Below the pieces are notes generated by a model that had not been told where the DNA came from, did not search any database, and was given only the letters and a program-made list of their open reading frames with translations. A stretch of 64,000 nucleotides of DNA from Pseudomonadota bacterium (GTDB lineage Bacteria > Pseudomonadota > Gammaproteobacteria > Burkholderiales > REEB80), in NCBI GenBank assembly GCA_028873515.1, contig JAGWIG010000002.1, positions 93,950 to 157,949 on the forward strand. Direction: 5' to 3'. Shown here piece after piece: positions 33,521 through 45,772 of the stretch; the first letter of the stretch is position 1, and every line of letters begins with the position of its first letter. Both the position numbers and the translations under genes were made by a program.

Positions 33521-34544
33521 AAAGCAATTGATCAACCTTCTCCTTAACAGCTTCCATCCCAATTAATCCCATTGCACCCGGTGAGCGTACACGGGAGCCA
33601 AATACGACATGTTCCATGGATCGCCTATCCAACGAAACCAACGCTTCCGGATAACAATTCACCACATTCCCTATCTGATGCCAGGGACCAGTGCTATACG
33701 GATTAGATACGGCATAAAGCCCAATAACCGGGGTTCCCAATATATCAGCCATATGTACTGGGCCTGTATCCGGAGCAACAAGGAGTTTTGCTCCCCTAAT
33801 CAAGGCCAGCAATTCCTGTAATCCCAGCTTACCCCTAAAATTAATACAGTCAGGTGAATAATTGATAATATTCTGAACTACTGCTTGTTCAAGCAGATTA
33901 TTGCCTCCAGTAAGAATTACATTCAACCCTTTGCTTTGAAAGTAACATGCCAATTCTGCGTATCGCTGAGGCAACCAGTTACGGGAAGCATCACTTGCGG
34001 CTGGGTGAATAATGACATAATTTTTATTCACAATTACACTTAATAAAGCCTGAACAGTTTCTAAAGCTTGTGGGAGAATAGGCAACTGCCAGTCATCTTC
34101 AATCGGGAAAGCGCCAAGATGTCGAGCAAAGTCCAAAAAATTTTCCTGTGCGTGCTTTCGCGGATTTGGAGCCAGCCGAAAGCCAGTCACCAATGTCTGT
34201 CCTTCTCGAGAACGCTTTCGATCATAACCAAGCTTATGCCGAGCAGGAATCAGTGGTGCCAGTAGATTAGCCCTGAATGTCGGCTGCATATGCAAAAGCC
34301 AGTCAAAATTCCTGCCCTTCATACGCCGCCTCAAATTGACATAAGATGACACACCAGCCAGTTTATCAAAAACTATAAATTCAATACCTTTTACTGCGGC
34401 AAAAAGCTCCTGACCTTGCGCCCCGATAATCCAGGTCAGGCGCGCTTCAGGCCACATCCGTTTTAAGGCATTAGCTACAGGCAAAGTTTGCACTAAATCT
34501 CCCAATGCCGATAACCTGAGCAAACAAAAGCTGTCGTGATCCAT
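33510..34544 (-). CDS. Glycosyltransferase family 9 (LPS heptosyltransferase)
   Basis: 344 aa. N-terminal LRLSALGDLVQTLP and C-terminal APDTGPVHMA are GT9 heptosyltransferase motifs. It is divergent from waaA and convergent with msbA. I cannot tell which heptosyltransferase (I, II or other) it is. Confidence 0.8.
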   Translation of the reverse strand: MDHDSFCLLRLSALGDLVQTLPVANALKRMWPEARLTWIIGAQGQELFAAVKGIEFIVFDKLAGVSSYVNLRRRMKGRNFDWLLHMQPTFRANLLAPLIPARHKLGYDRKRSREGQTLVTGFRLAPNPRKHAQENFLDFARHLGAFPIEDDWQLPILPQALETVQALLSVIVNKNYVIIHPAASDASRNWLPQRYAELACYFQSKGLNVILTGGNNLLEQAVVQNIINYSPDCINFRGKLGLQELLALIRGAKLLVAPDTGPVHMADILGTPVIGLYAVSNPYSTGPWHQIGNVVNCYPEALVSLDRRSMEHVVFGSRVRSPGAMGLIGMEAVKEKVDQLLFTP

Positions 34545-34623
34545 AGAAAAGCTGGCATAATCCTATATTTGATGAAGCCCGATTGTAGCTGTTCATACAA
34601 CAGTTGCATATGGTTGACCAGGA

Positions 34624-35886
34624 ATGAACAGGCGTAACTGGCGAATTGCCCTCTATACTTTACTGCTTTATCTTCTGGCTCCCTTTGTTTTTGCCAGATT
34701 GTTCATACGCGGGCGAAAACAGTCCCATTATCTAAAATCTCCAGAACAGCGGCTAGGTTACGGCTACCCGTCTTTTAACAGGCCAGTCATCTGGATTCAT
34801 GCAGTATCAGTTGGGGAAACCCGGGCCGCTCTTCCTCTCATTAATGCCCTTGAAAAATCCTACCCGGAACATACTCTTCTTCTTACCCACATGACTGCAG
34901 CAGGGTTGGAAACGGGTAAGAATCTTTTCAATAACAGAGTCATTCAAACCTGGTTGCCCTATGATTTACCCTTCGCCTGCCGGCGATTCCTTAAGCATTT
35001 TTCTCCCACCTTCGGCTTGCTCCTTGAGACTGAAATCTGGTTTAATCTCATTAACTGTGCAAAAACAAGACATATCCCGCTTTATCTCATCAATGCACGC
35101 CTCTCTGAAAAGAGCGCAGAGGGTTATGCACACTTTCAGAAGCTGACCCGTGAAGGCCTTGCCGCATTAAGCGGAGTAATTGCCCAGAGTGAAGACGATG
35201 CTAAACGTCTTGCAAAACTCGGTGCAAAAAACCCCATCATTGCTGGGAACATCAAATTTGACATTAATCCACCAGATGGGACCGATTCTTTGACCCATCA
35301 ATTTCTCTCCCTGATTGGAAAACGTCGGGTCTGGCTTGCTGCCAGCACCAGAGAAGGTGAAGAACGGATTATTCTGGATACAATCAGGCAATTACCGGAA
35401 GATATTCTAACTATCATTGTTCCAAGACATCCTCAACGGTTTGACGAGGTCGCAGCATTGATTACAGCTTCTGGGTTCAAGATACAACTACGCAGTGATT
35501 GCAATAATATTGAAGAAAAAACAAGAGTATGGATTGGAGACAGCATGGGGGAAATGTATGGGTATTACGGAGTAAGTGACATCGCATTAATCGGCGGAAG
35601 CCTTTTACCATTCGGGGGTCAGAATCTTATAGAAGCGACCGCCATGGGAACACCAGTTCTACTGGGCCCACATACTTTTAACTTCAACCAAGTTGCCAAA
35701 GATGCCATACAGGCTGGTGCTGCCATAAAAGTGGAAGACATATCAAGTCTTGCGAGGGCGATAATCCAGTTGTTTGACTCACCTCAACAACTCAAAGATA
35801 TGCAGATTGCTGCCAGAATTTTTGCAAAGACACATACCGGAGCCACGCAGCGAATCATTGAACACCTCAGACAAGAGCTTTCATAG
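34624..35886 (+). CDS. waaA: 3-deoxy-D-manno-octulosonic acid (Kdo) transferase
   Basis: 420 aa. IWIHAVSVGETRAA, the N-terminal membrane anchor and GGSLLPFGGQNLIEA are typical of WaaA/KdtA. Confidence 0.9.
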   Translation: MNRRNWRIALYTLLLYLLAPFVFARLFIRGRKQSHYLKSPEQRLGYGYPSFNRPVIWIHAVSVGETRAALPLINALEKSYPEHTLLLTHMTAAGLETGKNLFNNRVIQTWLPYDLPFACRRFLKHFSPTFGLLLETEIWFNLINCAKTRHIPLYLINARLSEKSAEGYAHFQKLTREGLAALSGVIAQSEDDAKRLAKLGAKNPIIAGNIKFDINPPDGTDSLTHQFLSLIGKRRVWLAASTREGEERIILDTIRQLPEDILTIIVPRHPQRFDEVAALITASGFKIQLRSDCNNIEEKTRVWIGDSMGEMYGYYGVSDIALIGGSLLPFGGQNLIEATAMGTPVLLGPHTFNFNQVAKDAIQAGAAIKVEDISSLARAIIQLFDSPQQLKDMQIAARIFAKTHTGATQRIIEHLRQELS

Positions 35887-36207
35887 GCTATCAAATATAA
35901 GAAGGAATCAAATCCAGACTTTCATACATTCCATAAAATACCCTTACTTCTCTGGCTTATATTTTATCTGGATCCCATTACACATTAAGGACATTTTAAT
36001 TTGGTACAGTATCATTTCCCCACTTTATAACCTTCATGGTAACCATAAAAAGACATCAATGTAATGAATCAACAGAGCAGAAGATTGATAATCCCCAAAT
36101 GGGATTTTCAATCCTGGCTCTATACAGCATATGGGCACTTACAGGGTATAGGCAATTATCCTGTTTCACCACAGGTTCTGACAGAAACCTCTATGGTGTA
36201 ATTTCAA

Positions 36208-36864
36208 TTAAAATACAAAACGTTCAGGTTGCACGGCATTAATAAGAGGCAAAACGCAAGTTTCAAACAAATCGGTAACCTGATGATTGCCAGGACTAAT
36301 ATTCTGTATACGTTCTACACTCATTACCGGTACATCTCCCAATATTGCAATAAGCCTGCCTCCCGGATTTAGCATTTCGATTAGTCCTCCTGGAAGAACG
36401 GGTTCCGAACCTGTCATGATAATAACATCATACGGCGCTTTTTCCGCCCAGCCTCTTGAAGCATCGCCTGTTCGTAGTAAAACATTACCGATGCCAAGTT
36501 TTGCCAGCCTAATTGTTGCCGCATCGATAAAATCAGAAAAAATATCCACGCTTATCACCTGCCTTGCCATATATGAAAGCAGGGCCGTCATATATCCTGT
36601 TCCGGTTCCAATTTCAAGTACCTTGTCTTCACTTTTGATAAGCGCTTCCTGCAATAACCTCGCTTCAAGCTTCGGTTGTAACATCAGCTGATCATGGCCA
36701 ATAGGCAATTCCACATCCGCAAAAGCCAAATCTTCACTGCCTTCTGGCACAAAATCCTCACGCTTGATCCTGAACAACAGATCCAGCAATCCAGGATCCA
36801 GCACCTCCCAGGTTCGAATTTGCTGCTCTACCATGTTAAAACGAGCTTGTTCAACATTCATCAT
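36208..36864 (-). CDS. Protein-L-isoaspartate O-methyltransferase family protein
   Basis: 218 aa with the SAM-binding VLEIGTGTGY and overall PCMT-like layout. It may be the Pcm paralogue rather than canonical pcm. Confidence 0.78.
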   Translation of the reverse strand: MMNVEQARFNMVEQQIRTWEVLDPGLLDLLFRIKREDFVPEGSEDLAFADVELPIGHDQLMLQPKLEARLLQEALIKSEDKVLEIGTGTGYMTALLSYMARQVISVDIFSDFIDAATIRLAKLGIGNVLLRTGDASRGWAEKAPYDVIIMTGSEPVLPGGLIEMLNPGGRLIAILGDVPVMSVERIQNISPGNHQVTDLFETCVLPLINAVQPERFVF

Positions 36865-37059
36865 AATATGACGGCTTCGGCACTTTCTTATAGTGCACGA
36901 AGTGTTTCCTCCTTACAAAAATGATTCTCATACACAATCAGGAACAAACATGTAGCGTCTCCACCCTGTCCGCCTGATACCAGTCCAGATTTCGATCTGG
37001 CATTAACCCAATCAGGTTCAGCTTGCAATTCTGCCACATTTTTAGTACCTTCTCATCTT

Positions 37060-39063
<2,004 letters not shown>

Positions 39064-39069
39064 TTACAT

Positions 39070-39103
39070 CAATCCCGGTTCAAAATGATAATGGCCGGGA
39101 TTG
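39070..39103. terminator. Hairpin after thiC (possible terminator)
   Basis: Perfect 9-bp inverted repeat CAATCCCGG / CCGGGATTG with a 16-nt loop, 7 nt after the thiC stop. There is no clear U-tract on either strand. Confidence 0.3.
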
Positions 39104-39312
39104 ATAAAACTTTAGGATCTTTTCACTCACTTCACTTAGCTCAACATGTGATCTTCCAAAAATACCTGATTCAGGATACCAGCAAGCATAAAATGAACCC
39201 GACCAAACAGGCAAAACCTGAATCTTGCAAGATCGGTCATATTTTCAACCCATACATCGAGAAAATATCTTTCTAACCCCACCATGATTTTCTGGGTTGT
39301 TCGTCAAACGCC

Positions 39313-39477
39313 CTAGATTTCGATCATTTCGAAATCTTCCTTGCGGGCTCCGCATTCTGGGCAAGTCCAGTTCGGCGGCACATCTTCCCAGCGTGTTCCA
39401 GGTGGAACACCTCCCTCAGGGTCACCTTTTTCCTCTTCATAAAGCCATCCGCAAATCAGACACATGTAAGTTTTCAT
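39313..39477 (-). CDS. Rubredoxin
   Basis: Absent from the ORF track because it is under 60 aa. My translation of the minus strand is MKTYMCLICGWLYEEEKGDPEGGVPPGTRWEDVPPNWTCPECGARKEDFEMIEI (54 aa). It has both CxxCG knuckles and the PGT..W.D.P..W.CP.CG pattern diagnostic of rubredoxin. Confidence 0.85.
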   Translation of the reverse strand: MKTYMCLICGWLYEEEKGDPEGGVPPGTRWEDVPPNWTCPECGARKEDFEMIEI

Positions 39478-39572
39478 CATTCCCAAGATTTCAGCTAAAA
39501 TAGTAATTTTAACGTCATTACGCCGGGAAAGACAGGCCTCATCTGTTCACTCCCGTCATTTAACGAGTCTAT

Positions 39573-40400
39573 ATGGCCAACACCCCTCCCATTACCCTGA
39601 CTTTTGCTGGTAGCGACCCTTCTGGTGGCGCCGGATTGCAGGCAGATTTGATGACTTTTGCAAGTATGGGTTGTCATGGTTTAACTGTTATTACAGCTAT
39701 AACAGTGCAAGATACTCTGGGCATTGAAAATATTCTGCCAATTGAAGCGGAGTGGATCAGCGATCAAGCAAGACAGGTACTTGAAGATATGCCTGTCTCA
39801 GCATTTAAGGTAGGCATGATCGGAAGCATTGAAAATATCGCTGCCATCGCTGAAATCATGGCTGATTATCCAGACATACCCTTAATTGTTGATCCAGTTT
39901 TGTCGAGCGGCAGAGGGGATGAAATTAGCAGTGAAGACATGACACGTGCGCTACTGGAACTCCTCATCCCGCAAGCTACCCTTATTACTCCAAACAGTCT
40001 GGAAGCCAGACGGCTAACCATTGACGATCAAGACGAGGAGCTGAATCTGGATTCATGTGCTACCAAATTACTAAGTACAGGTTGTGAATATGCTCTCATC
40101 ACGGGAACTCATGAGAACACTCCAAAAGTACTCAATACCCTTTATGGACATAACGGTATCATTCGCCAGGACAGCTGGAAACGCTTACCTGGCAGTTATC
40201 ACGGCTCAGGATGTACACTTTCCGCAGCCATAACTGCAATGTTAGCGCATGGCCTGCCAATCGAGACGGCTGTAAAAGAGGCTCAGGATTATACTTGGGA
40301 AAGTCTTGCAGCAGGATTCCGCCCGGGCATGGGGCAATTCCTGCCTGACAGATTTTTCTGGGCGCAGGATGCGGATGGAGAGGAAGATGGCGAATCCTAG
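39573..40400 (+). CDS. thiD: Hydroxymethylpyrimidine/phosphomethylpyrimidine kinase
   Basis: 275 aa. LTFAGSDPSGGAGLQADL at the N-terminus and GSGCTLSAAI near the C-terminus are ThiD signatures. Confidence 0.92.
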   Translation: MANTPPITLTFAGSDPSGGAGLQADLMTFASMGCHGLTVITAITVQDTLGIENILPIEAEWISDQARQVLEDMPVSAFKVGMIGSIENIAAIAEIMADYPDIPLIVDPVLSSGRGDEISSEDMTRALLELLIPQATLITPNSLEARRLTIDDQDEELNLDSCATKLLSTGCEYALITGTHENTPKVLNTLYGHNGIIRQDSWKRLPGSYHGSGCTLSAAITAMLAHGLPIETAVKEAQDYTWESLAAGFRPGMGQFLPDRFFWAQDADGEEDGES

Positions 40401-41028
40401 AATTTATGGACTGTATGCAATAACTCCGGATTTACAGGAATTCGATTTATACAGTGACCACACTCGTTCCATCCTTGCCCAAGGGGCGCAGGTACTCCAA
40501 TATCGAAACAAGTGTGCCACACCCGCCCAAAAACTTGAACAGGCAGGAATACTCCGACTCTGGTGCAGTCAATCCGGATCACTATTTATTGTTAACGATG
40601 ATATTAATCTCGCACTTGCTGTTAACGCCGATGGTGTCCACCTTGGCTCGAAGGATGTATCCTTGACTGATGCTAGGCGTAAACTTGGACCTCATAAGCT
40701 TATAGGGATTTCCTGCTATAACCTTATAGATCGGGCACATGAAGCCGAAGCAAAGGGAGCTGATTATGTTGCATTCGGAAGTTTTTTCCCTTCTCAAACC
40801 AAACCTGCTGCCCAACCTGCTCCTCTTTCCCTTTTAACCACAGCCCGCATAAAACTCAAAATACCAATTGTTGCCATAGGAGGTATCACACCCCAAAACG
40901 GTAAAAAACTTGTCGAAGCAGGCGCAAACGCTCTTGCTGTCCTCCATGCACTATACTCTAGCCCTGATCCAGCAACTTCAGCCCGATCATTTTCGGAACT
41001 ATTTAATTTGGAGTCACTTCCAACATGA
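40387..41028 (+). CDS. thiE: Thiamine-phosphate synthase
   Basis: LYAITPD start, QYRNK, VNDD and [16 protein letters not shown] blocks. Trimmed from 40306 to ATG 40387 (GGAGAGGAAG upstream), which overlaps the thiD end by 14 nt. Confidence 0.9.
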   Translation: MANPRIYGLYAITPDLQEFDLYSDHTRSILAQGAQVLQYRNKCATPAQKLEQAGILRLWCSQSGSLFIVNDDINLALAVNADGVHLGSKDVSLTDARRKLGPHKLIGISCYNLIDRAHEAEAKGADYVAFGSFFPSQTKPAAQPAPLSLLTTARIKLKIPIVAIGGITPQNGKKLVEAGANALAVLHALYSSPDPATSARSFSELFNLESLPT

Positions 41029-42320
41029 CCAACCAGGAGCTTTTCAACCAATCACGCCACCTTATACCAGGGGGTGTCAACTCGCCAGTTCGCGCTTTTG
41101 GAGCTGTAGGCGGAAATCCTATCTTTATTGAACGTGGCGATGGTTGCAAAATTATTGATGTCGAAGGAAACAGCTATATTGATTATGTTGGCTCATGGGG
41201 CCCATTGATTTTAGGGCATAACGATCCTGATGTTCGTATCGCTGTCTTAAATGCCATAAACAAGGGATTAAGCTTCGGGACCCCCACAGAAGGAGAGCTT
41301 CGACTTGCAGAAGAAATCTGTCGTCTGATCCCGTCTGTTGAGATGGTTCGTCTTGTCAGTTCAGGCACTGAAGCAACAATGAGTGCCATTCGTTTAGCAA
41401 GGGCTTATACAAAGCGTGATCTAATCATAAAATTTGAAGGATGTTATCACGGACATGCTGATTCACTCCTCGTCAAGTCTGGTTCAGGAGCACTAACATT
41501 TGGTCAACCAACCTCAGCTGGCGTGCCAAAATCCATTGCACAATTAACCCTTCCACTGCCATACAACAATATTGATGCCGTAATTTCTACCTTTAATGCT
41601 TATGGTAATGATATCGCAGCAATCATAGTTGAACCCATTGCAGGCAATATGAACCTTGTCATCCCAGACCCACAGTTTCTACAAACACTTCGCAACTTAA
41701 GCACCCAATATGGAAGCATTCTTATTTTTGACGAGGTCATGACCGGTTTCAGGGTAGCTTTAGGTGGTGCGCAGTATAAATTTGGCATAAAACCGGATCT
41801 AACCACGCTTGGCAAGATTATTGGAGGGGGGTTACCAGTGGGGGCCTTCGGTGGAAGAAGCGACATTATGAAAAATCTGGCTCCAGAAGGTTCTGTTTAT
41901 CAAGCAGGGACTTTATCAGGCAATCCAGTAGCTGTGGCTGCAGGTCTTGCCACTCTAGGCAAGATCCAGTCTCCGGGATTTTATGAAAAACTCCACACCA
42001 AAGCCGAATTGCTGATTCATGGACTTATTGACGCTGCATCCGTCTATGGCGTTCCCTTTTCTGCTCAGTCAGTTGGAGGAATGTTCGGTCTTTATTTTCG
42101 AGAAGAAATACCAACATGCCTGGAAGAAGCAAAAACTGCAGATTCAATTGCATTTAACCGATTTTTTCATGCCATGCTTAGCCATAATGTCTACCTTGCC
42201 CCTTCCGCTTACGAAGCAGGGTTCATGAGCGCTGCTCATACAGAAAATGATATAAAGACAACAATTGAAAAATCTGAGCTAGCCTTTTCAACCATTAATC
42301 ATACGTCAGCAAAAGAATGA
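41025..42320 (+). CDS. hemL: Glutamate-1-semialdehyde 2,1-aminomutase
   Basis: 431 aa. [12 protein letters not shown], the PLP-lysine region [18 protein letters not shown] and the class III aminotransferase layout. Its ATGA overlaps the thiE stop. Confidence 0.95.
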   Translation: MTNQELFNQSRHLIPGGVNSPVRAFGAVGGNPIFIERGDGCKIIDVEGNSYIDYVGSWGPLILGHNDPDVRIAVLNAINKGLSFGTPTEGELRLAEEICRLIPSVEMVRLVSSGTEATMSAIRLARAYTKRDLIIKFEGCYHGHADSLLVKSGSGALTFGQPTSAGVPKSIAQLTLPLPYNNIDAVISTFNAYGNDIAAIIVEPIAGNMNLVIPDPQFLQTLRNLSTQYGSILIFDEVMTGFRVALGGAQYKFGIKPDLTTLGKIIGGGLPVGAFGGRSDIMKNLAPEGSVYQAGTLSGNPVAVAAGLATLGKIQSPGFYEKLHTKAELLIHGLIDAASVYGVPFSAQSVGGMFGLYFREEIPTCLEEAKTADSIAFNRFFHAMLSHNVYLAPSAYEAGFMSAAHTENDIKTTIEKSELAFSTINHTSAKE

Positions 42321-42322
42321 CA

Positions 42323-42344
42323 TTTCCGGCCTTTTGGCCGGAAA
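42323..42344. terminator. Hairpin between convergent hemL and ccsA (possible bidirectional terminator)
   Basis: Perfect TTTCCGGCC-tttt-GGCCGGAAA hairpin in the 31-nt gap between two convergent stops. The A/T arms could serve as short U-tracts in both directions. Confidence 0.5.
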
Positions 42345-42351
42345 CTGAACA

Positions 42352-43491
42352 TCATAACTTCCCGTATGAGTGCAATCCTGAAAGGAACATATTCACACCA
42401 AGAAATGCAAAAGTCGTAACCATTAGTCCTCCAATCGACCACCACGCTAGTATAGGGCCCCTAACTCCCTTAACCAGCCGCATATGAAGCCATGCTGCAT
42501 AATTTAACCATACTATCAATGCCCATGTTTCTTTCGGGTCCCATGACCAGTACCCACCCCATGCCTGAGCAGCCCAAAGAGCGCCTAAAATCGTCGCTAT
42601 CGTAAAAAATAGAAATCCAATCGCTATCGATTTGTACATTACATCATCTAGCATAACCAAATCAGGCAATCTATCGGCAAGAATTCCTTTACTTTTAAGG
42701 AGATATGCAACACCCAACATCGCCGAAAGCGAAAATGAGCCATAGCCGACAAAATTTGCGGGCACATGAATTTTCATCCAGTAAGATTGCAATGCGGGAA
42801 CCAAAGGCTCAATTCCATTTGCATGACGATCGAAAGTGTACCAGAGTAAAAAGCCAATGGCTGCCGCAATTACAAGCAAAACAAACGCACCCATCTGGTA
42901 TGATTCATAACGGTCTTCATAATAAAGATAAAACAGCGCTGTCATGAACGAAAACAAGATGAAAACTTCATACAGGTTTGAGATGGGGATGTGCCCAATG
43001 TCCGGCCCCATCAAATAGGACACATACCAGCGCGTCAACATGCCAACCAATCCCATCACGACGGCACACCAAGTCAATACGCTAGCAAATTTCCCGGCAA
43101 ACTCAGAACGTCCAAGCAAAGCCACCCAATAAATCAATGTTGCCAGGACAAATAGAAAGCTCATCCACATAATGGCGGTCTGGCTACCCAATAAATACTT
43201 GAGCCAAAGCTCTTGCTCGGCCGATGCAATCTGACCATGGTACTCATATATGGCAAAAAGACTAAGTACAGCGGTAATTACACACATAAGCCTAAAAGGC
43301 TTCCAAAACCAGCCTAATGCAATAAATCCCAAGGAAGCAGCACAAAGGATTCCTTTTGAATATACGTTCATCCCAGCACCAAACTTATCCAAGGTATATA
43401 GGCAACCTAAAAGCCAGACAAGCGCATAACCCCAATCCCCAAGACGCAATTCTCTTAAGAGGGCAGGCTTTGATTCATGTACAAGTTCCAT
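42352..43491 (-). CDS. ccsA: Cytochrome c biogenesis protein CcsA/ResC (system II)
   Basis: 379 aa polytopic membrane protein with the WWD heme-handling motif WGGYWSWDPKETWALIVW. It is downstream of resB. Confidence 0.88.
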   Translation of the reverse strand: MELVHESKPALLRELRLGDWGYALVWLLGCLYTLDKFGAGMNVYSKGILCAASLGFIALGWFWKPFRLMCVITAVLSLFAIYEYHGQIASAEQELWLKYLLGSQTAIMWMSFLFVLATLIYWVALLGRSEFAGKFASVLTWCAVVMGLVGMLTRWYVSYLMGPDIGHIPISNLYEVFILFSFMTALFYLYYEDRYESYQMGAFVLLVIAAAIGFLLWYTFDRHANGIEPLVPALQSYWMKIHVPANFVGYGSFSLSAMLGVAYLLKSKGILADRLPDLVMLDDVMYKSIAIGFLFFTIATILGALWAAQAWGGYWSWDPKETWALIVWLNYAAWLHMRLVKGVRGPILAWWSIGGLMVTTFAFLGVNMFLSGLHSYGKL

Positions 43492-43599
43492 TGCATTTTC
43501 CTTTCAAGCATCGGCATTACAATAAAATTGCCATTTTTATGCAAACCTCTAATACTCATTAACTGGTAATTTCTTTTCATGATTTCCAACAAGCTTTTA

Positions 43600-45627
43600 T
43601 TACAATTCCTTATTATCTGCAAAAGCCTTACTGATTATATTTGATAACTTCTTGAATTCTAATTCGAAATCAAGCGTTTGTCTCGATGACGACATCGCAA
43701 AAAGTACTTTACCATCTGAACTGGCATAAACAAATACCCGACGTTCACGAATATAGAACATGGCAAAGATACCCAACACCAAACATAATGAACCAAAATA
43801 AACCAGATACTTACCTGGTGCTCTGGTCATTTGTAAGCCTGTTGCCATGACCGGCTTGAAACTTTGAAGTTGGAGATAAACAGGTGGCCCGTACAAAAAG
43901 GAATCATTCATTGCGTTTAGGCTATCCCGGACAAAGGATGCTTTATCTTTAATTGGCGTGCCAGGTGGGATTACTTCATTCAAAGCTTCCAGAGCCGTAC
44001 CCTGGAGTACTTTCAGATAAGTCTGCGCCGCATTTTCCTGTTCATTCTGAGGCACGTCTTTTGAAATGAAACCGGCAAGGGCATTGTAACCCCCTTGACG
44101 AAAAAGAGCCAAAACGCTTTCGCTGATCTGTGCTAGCTTGGGTTTCATTGCCTGCATATTTGGAATACCAGCCAATGCCTTTTTAGCAAATCTTGATGCT
44201 ATCCCATTCGCTGCAGAAGGATCATCCAAATGAGCGCGTAACTGCATAAACGAATTCACATTGCCATTATCATCAAGTGGTAAACGAATATACTGATAGC
44301 TTGCTCCGGGGTTATCTCGCATTCCGGTCAAAAAATAGGAATGACCGCCTAGCGTAATCGGCAGCATGTAATTCAAATACTCTCGCGCCTCGCCCTGAGC
44401 ATTTCGAATCTTAAACTGGACACTGGGTCCAACATTACGTAACTCTTGATCTTTATGCGCTGCGGGTGAGAAAACGCTAAGTATATTCTGCATAAAACTG
44501 GAAGGCGCCTTAACAACTCCTTGCGATAGATCTTCAACATTAAACTTTCGGAAATCATCAAATTCTATAGCATAAGGATGGCCATTTATGGTCATGGGCT
44601 CATGATGCTTAACTATCCCATCAAGCGGCGTAGTTAATGTAGAAGCGCCTGTCAATGGCCACACCAGGAAATGAAGATGACTTCCCCCATCACCGAAACT
44701 TGCCTGATAAATATCAACCCCATCCATTGTTAATGGATGATTGACTTCAAGGCGTACTGATTTTGATTTGCCTGTTTTCTTGTCCTGGATCACTAAATCA
44801 CTTGCAAACAGGCGAGGTTGACCGGTCGAATAATATTTAACGATAAACTTTTTAACAGAAACGATAAATGGTAGTTCCTGTACCAGGTATCCATTGGCAA
44901 CATTAAGAAATATAACATCTGCCGAAGAGCCTTCAGGAATCGTCACATCACCACGAAATGAGAGATTATTAGATCCAAGCCGGCTAACTGATGGTACCTG
45001 GGATTCAGGCATATCCCGTGTTTCAATGCGCTTGTATCCAAGAAACTGGTCAACCTTCAGTGGAATGTTTCCATCAATCAAACCTCCTATGCAAATAATT
45101 ACTATCGCTGAATGGGTCAAGATATAGCCAAGCCTGTTCCAGCTCCCTCGCTTGGCTGCAAGCAATTGACCAGTCTTACGAATCTGGGTACGGCTTTTAT
45201 AGCCGTACCCGGCTAAAACCTTATCCATCAATCTTACAGACTGCTCTGGCGCCAAAGAAGTAACAAGCTCCTGACGAAAACGAAAATGCCGAAGTGATGA
45301 AAGTGTAGACCGCTCTCGATAGCTTTTCATCTCTTTCAACATTATGGGAGAAAGACGGATAATGCAAAAACTCGTAGAAATAACCAGAAAGAGAAGAATT
45401 ACCAGAAACCAGAGACTGTGATAAACATCAAACAGGCCTAGCGTCCTGAACATATCAAACCAGTATGTCCCAAATTCAAATAAATAATTGGGATAGGGTT
45501 CATTCTGTTTCAGAACAGTACCTATAATTGACGCAATAGCGAGAACAAGCAACAAGCTAATCGCAAAACGCATTGAACTCAGTAGTTCATGTGTTCGACG
45601 TAAAAAAGAAGAGCGGGAATTGGCCAC
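43600..45627 (-). CDS. resB: Cytochrome c biogenesis protein ResB/Ccs1 (system II)
   Basis: 675 aa. The N-terminus LSSMRFAISLLLVLAIASIIGTVL, a large periplasmic domain, a C-terminal TM segment and the pairing with ccsA all fit ResB. GTG start. Confidence 0.85.
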   Translation of the reverse strand: MANSRSSFLRRTHELLSSMRFAISLLLVLAIASIIGTVLKQNEPYPNYLFEFGTYWFDMFRTLGLFDVYHSLWFLVILLFLVISTSFCIIRLSPIMLKEMKSYRERSTLSSLRHFRFRQELVTSLAPEQSVRLMDKVLAGYGYKSRTQIRKTGQLLAAKRGSWNRLGYILTHSAIVIICIGGLIDGNIPLKVDQFLGYKRIETRDMPESQVPSVSRLGSNNLSFRGDVTIPEGSSADVIFLNVANGYLVQELPFIVSVKKFIVKYYSTGQPRLFASDLVIQDKKTGKSKSVRLEVNHPLTMDGVDIYQASFGDGGSHLHFLVWPLTGASTLTTPLDGIVKHHEPMTINGHPYAIEFDDFRKFNVEDLSQGVVKAPSSFMQNILSVFSPAAHKDQELRNVGPSVQFKIRNAQGEAREYLNYMLPITLGGHSYFLTGMRDNPGASYQYIRLPLDDNGNVNSFMQLRAHLDDPSAANGIASRFAKKALAGIPNMQAMKPKLAQISESVLALFRQGGYNALAGFISKDVPQNEQENAAQTYLKVLQGTALEALNEVIPPGTPIKDKASFVRDSLNAMNDSFLYGPPVYLQLQSFKPVMATGLQMTRAPGKYLVYFGSLCLVLGIFAMFYIRERRVFVYASSDGKVLFAMSSSRQTLDFELEFKKLSNIISKAFADNKEL

Positions 45628-45692
45628 GACTACCAGCTATCAGAATTAAAAATAAAGAAAATCTCAACAGGAATGACTAAAAATCCAAAATG

Positions 45693-45744
45693 AAAAAAAA
45701 CGCTATCAATTCTGGCAAAGCTTCCCATACCCCTTCGCCAGAAT
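45693..45744 (-). terminator. Possible intrinsic terminator after cytochrome c4 gene
   Basis: On the minus strand, ATTCTGGC-(20 nt)-GCCAGAAT is followed after 7 nt by T8. The loop is long, so the call is moderate to weak. Confidence 0.35.
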
Positions 45745-45772
45745 CGTTGAAACCGGATTTCATATCTGGAAA

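Noticed and set aside
39297-39503. 68-aa plus-strand ORF (MFVKRPRFRSF...).
   Set aside because: It is antisense to the rubredoxin gene, which has an unmistakable family signature.
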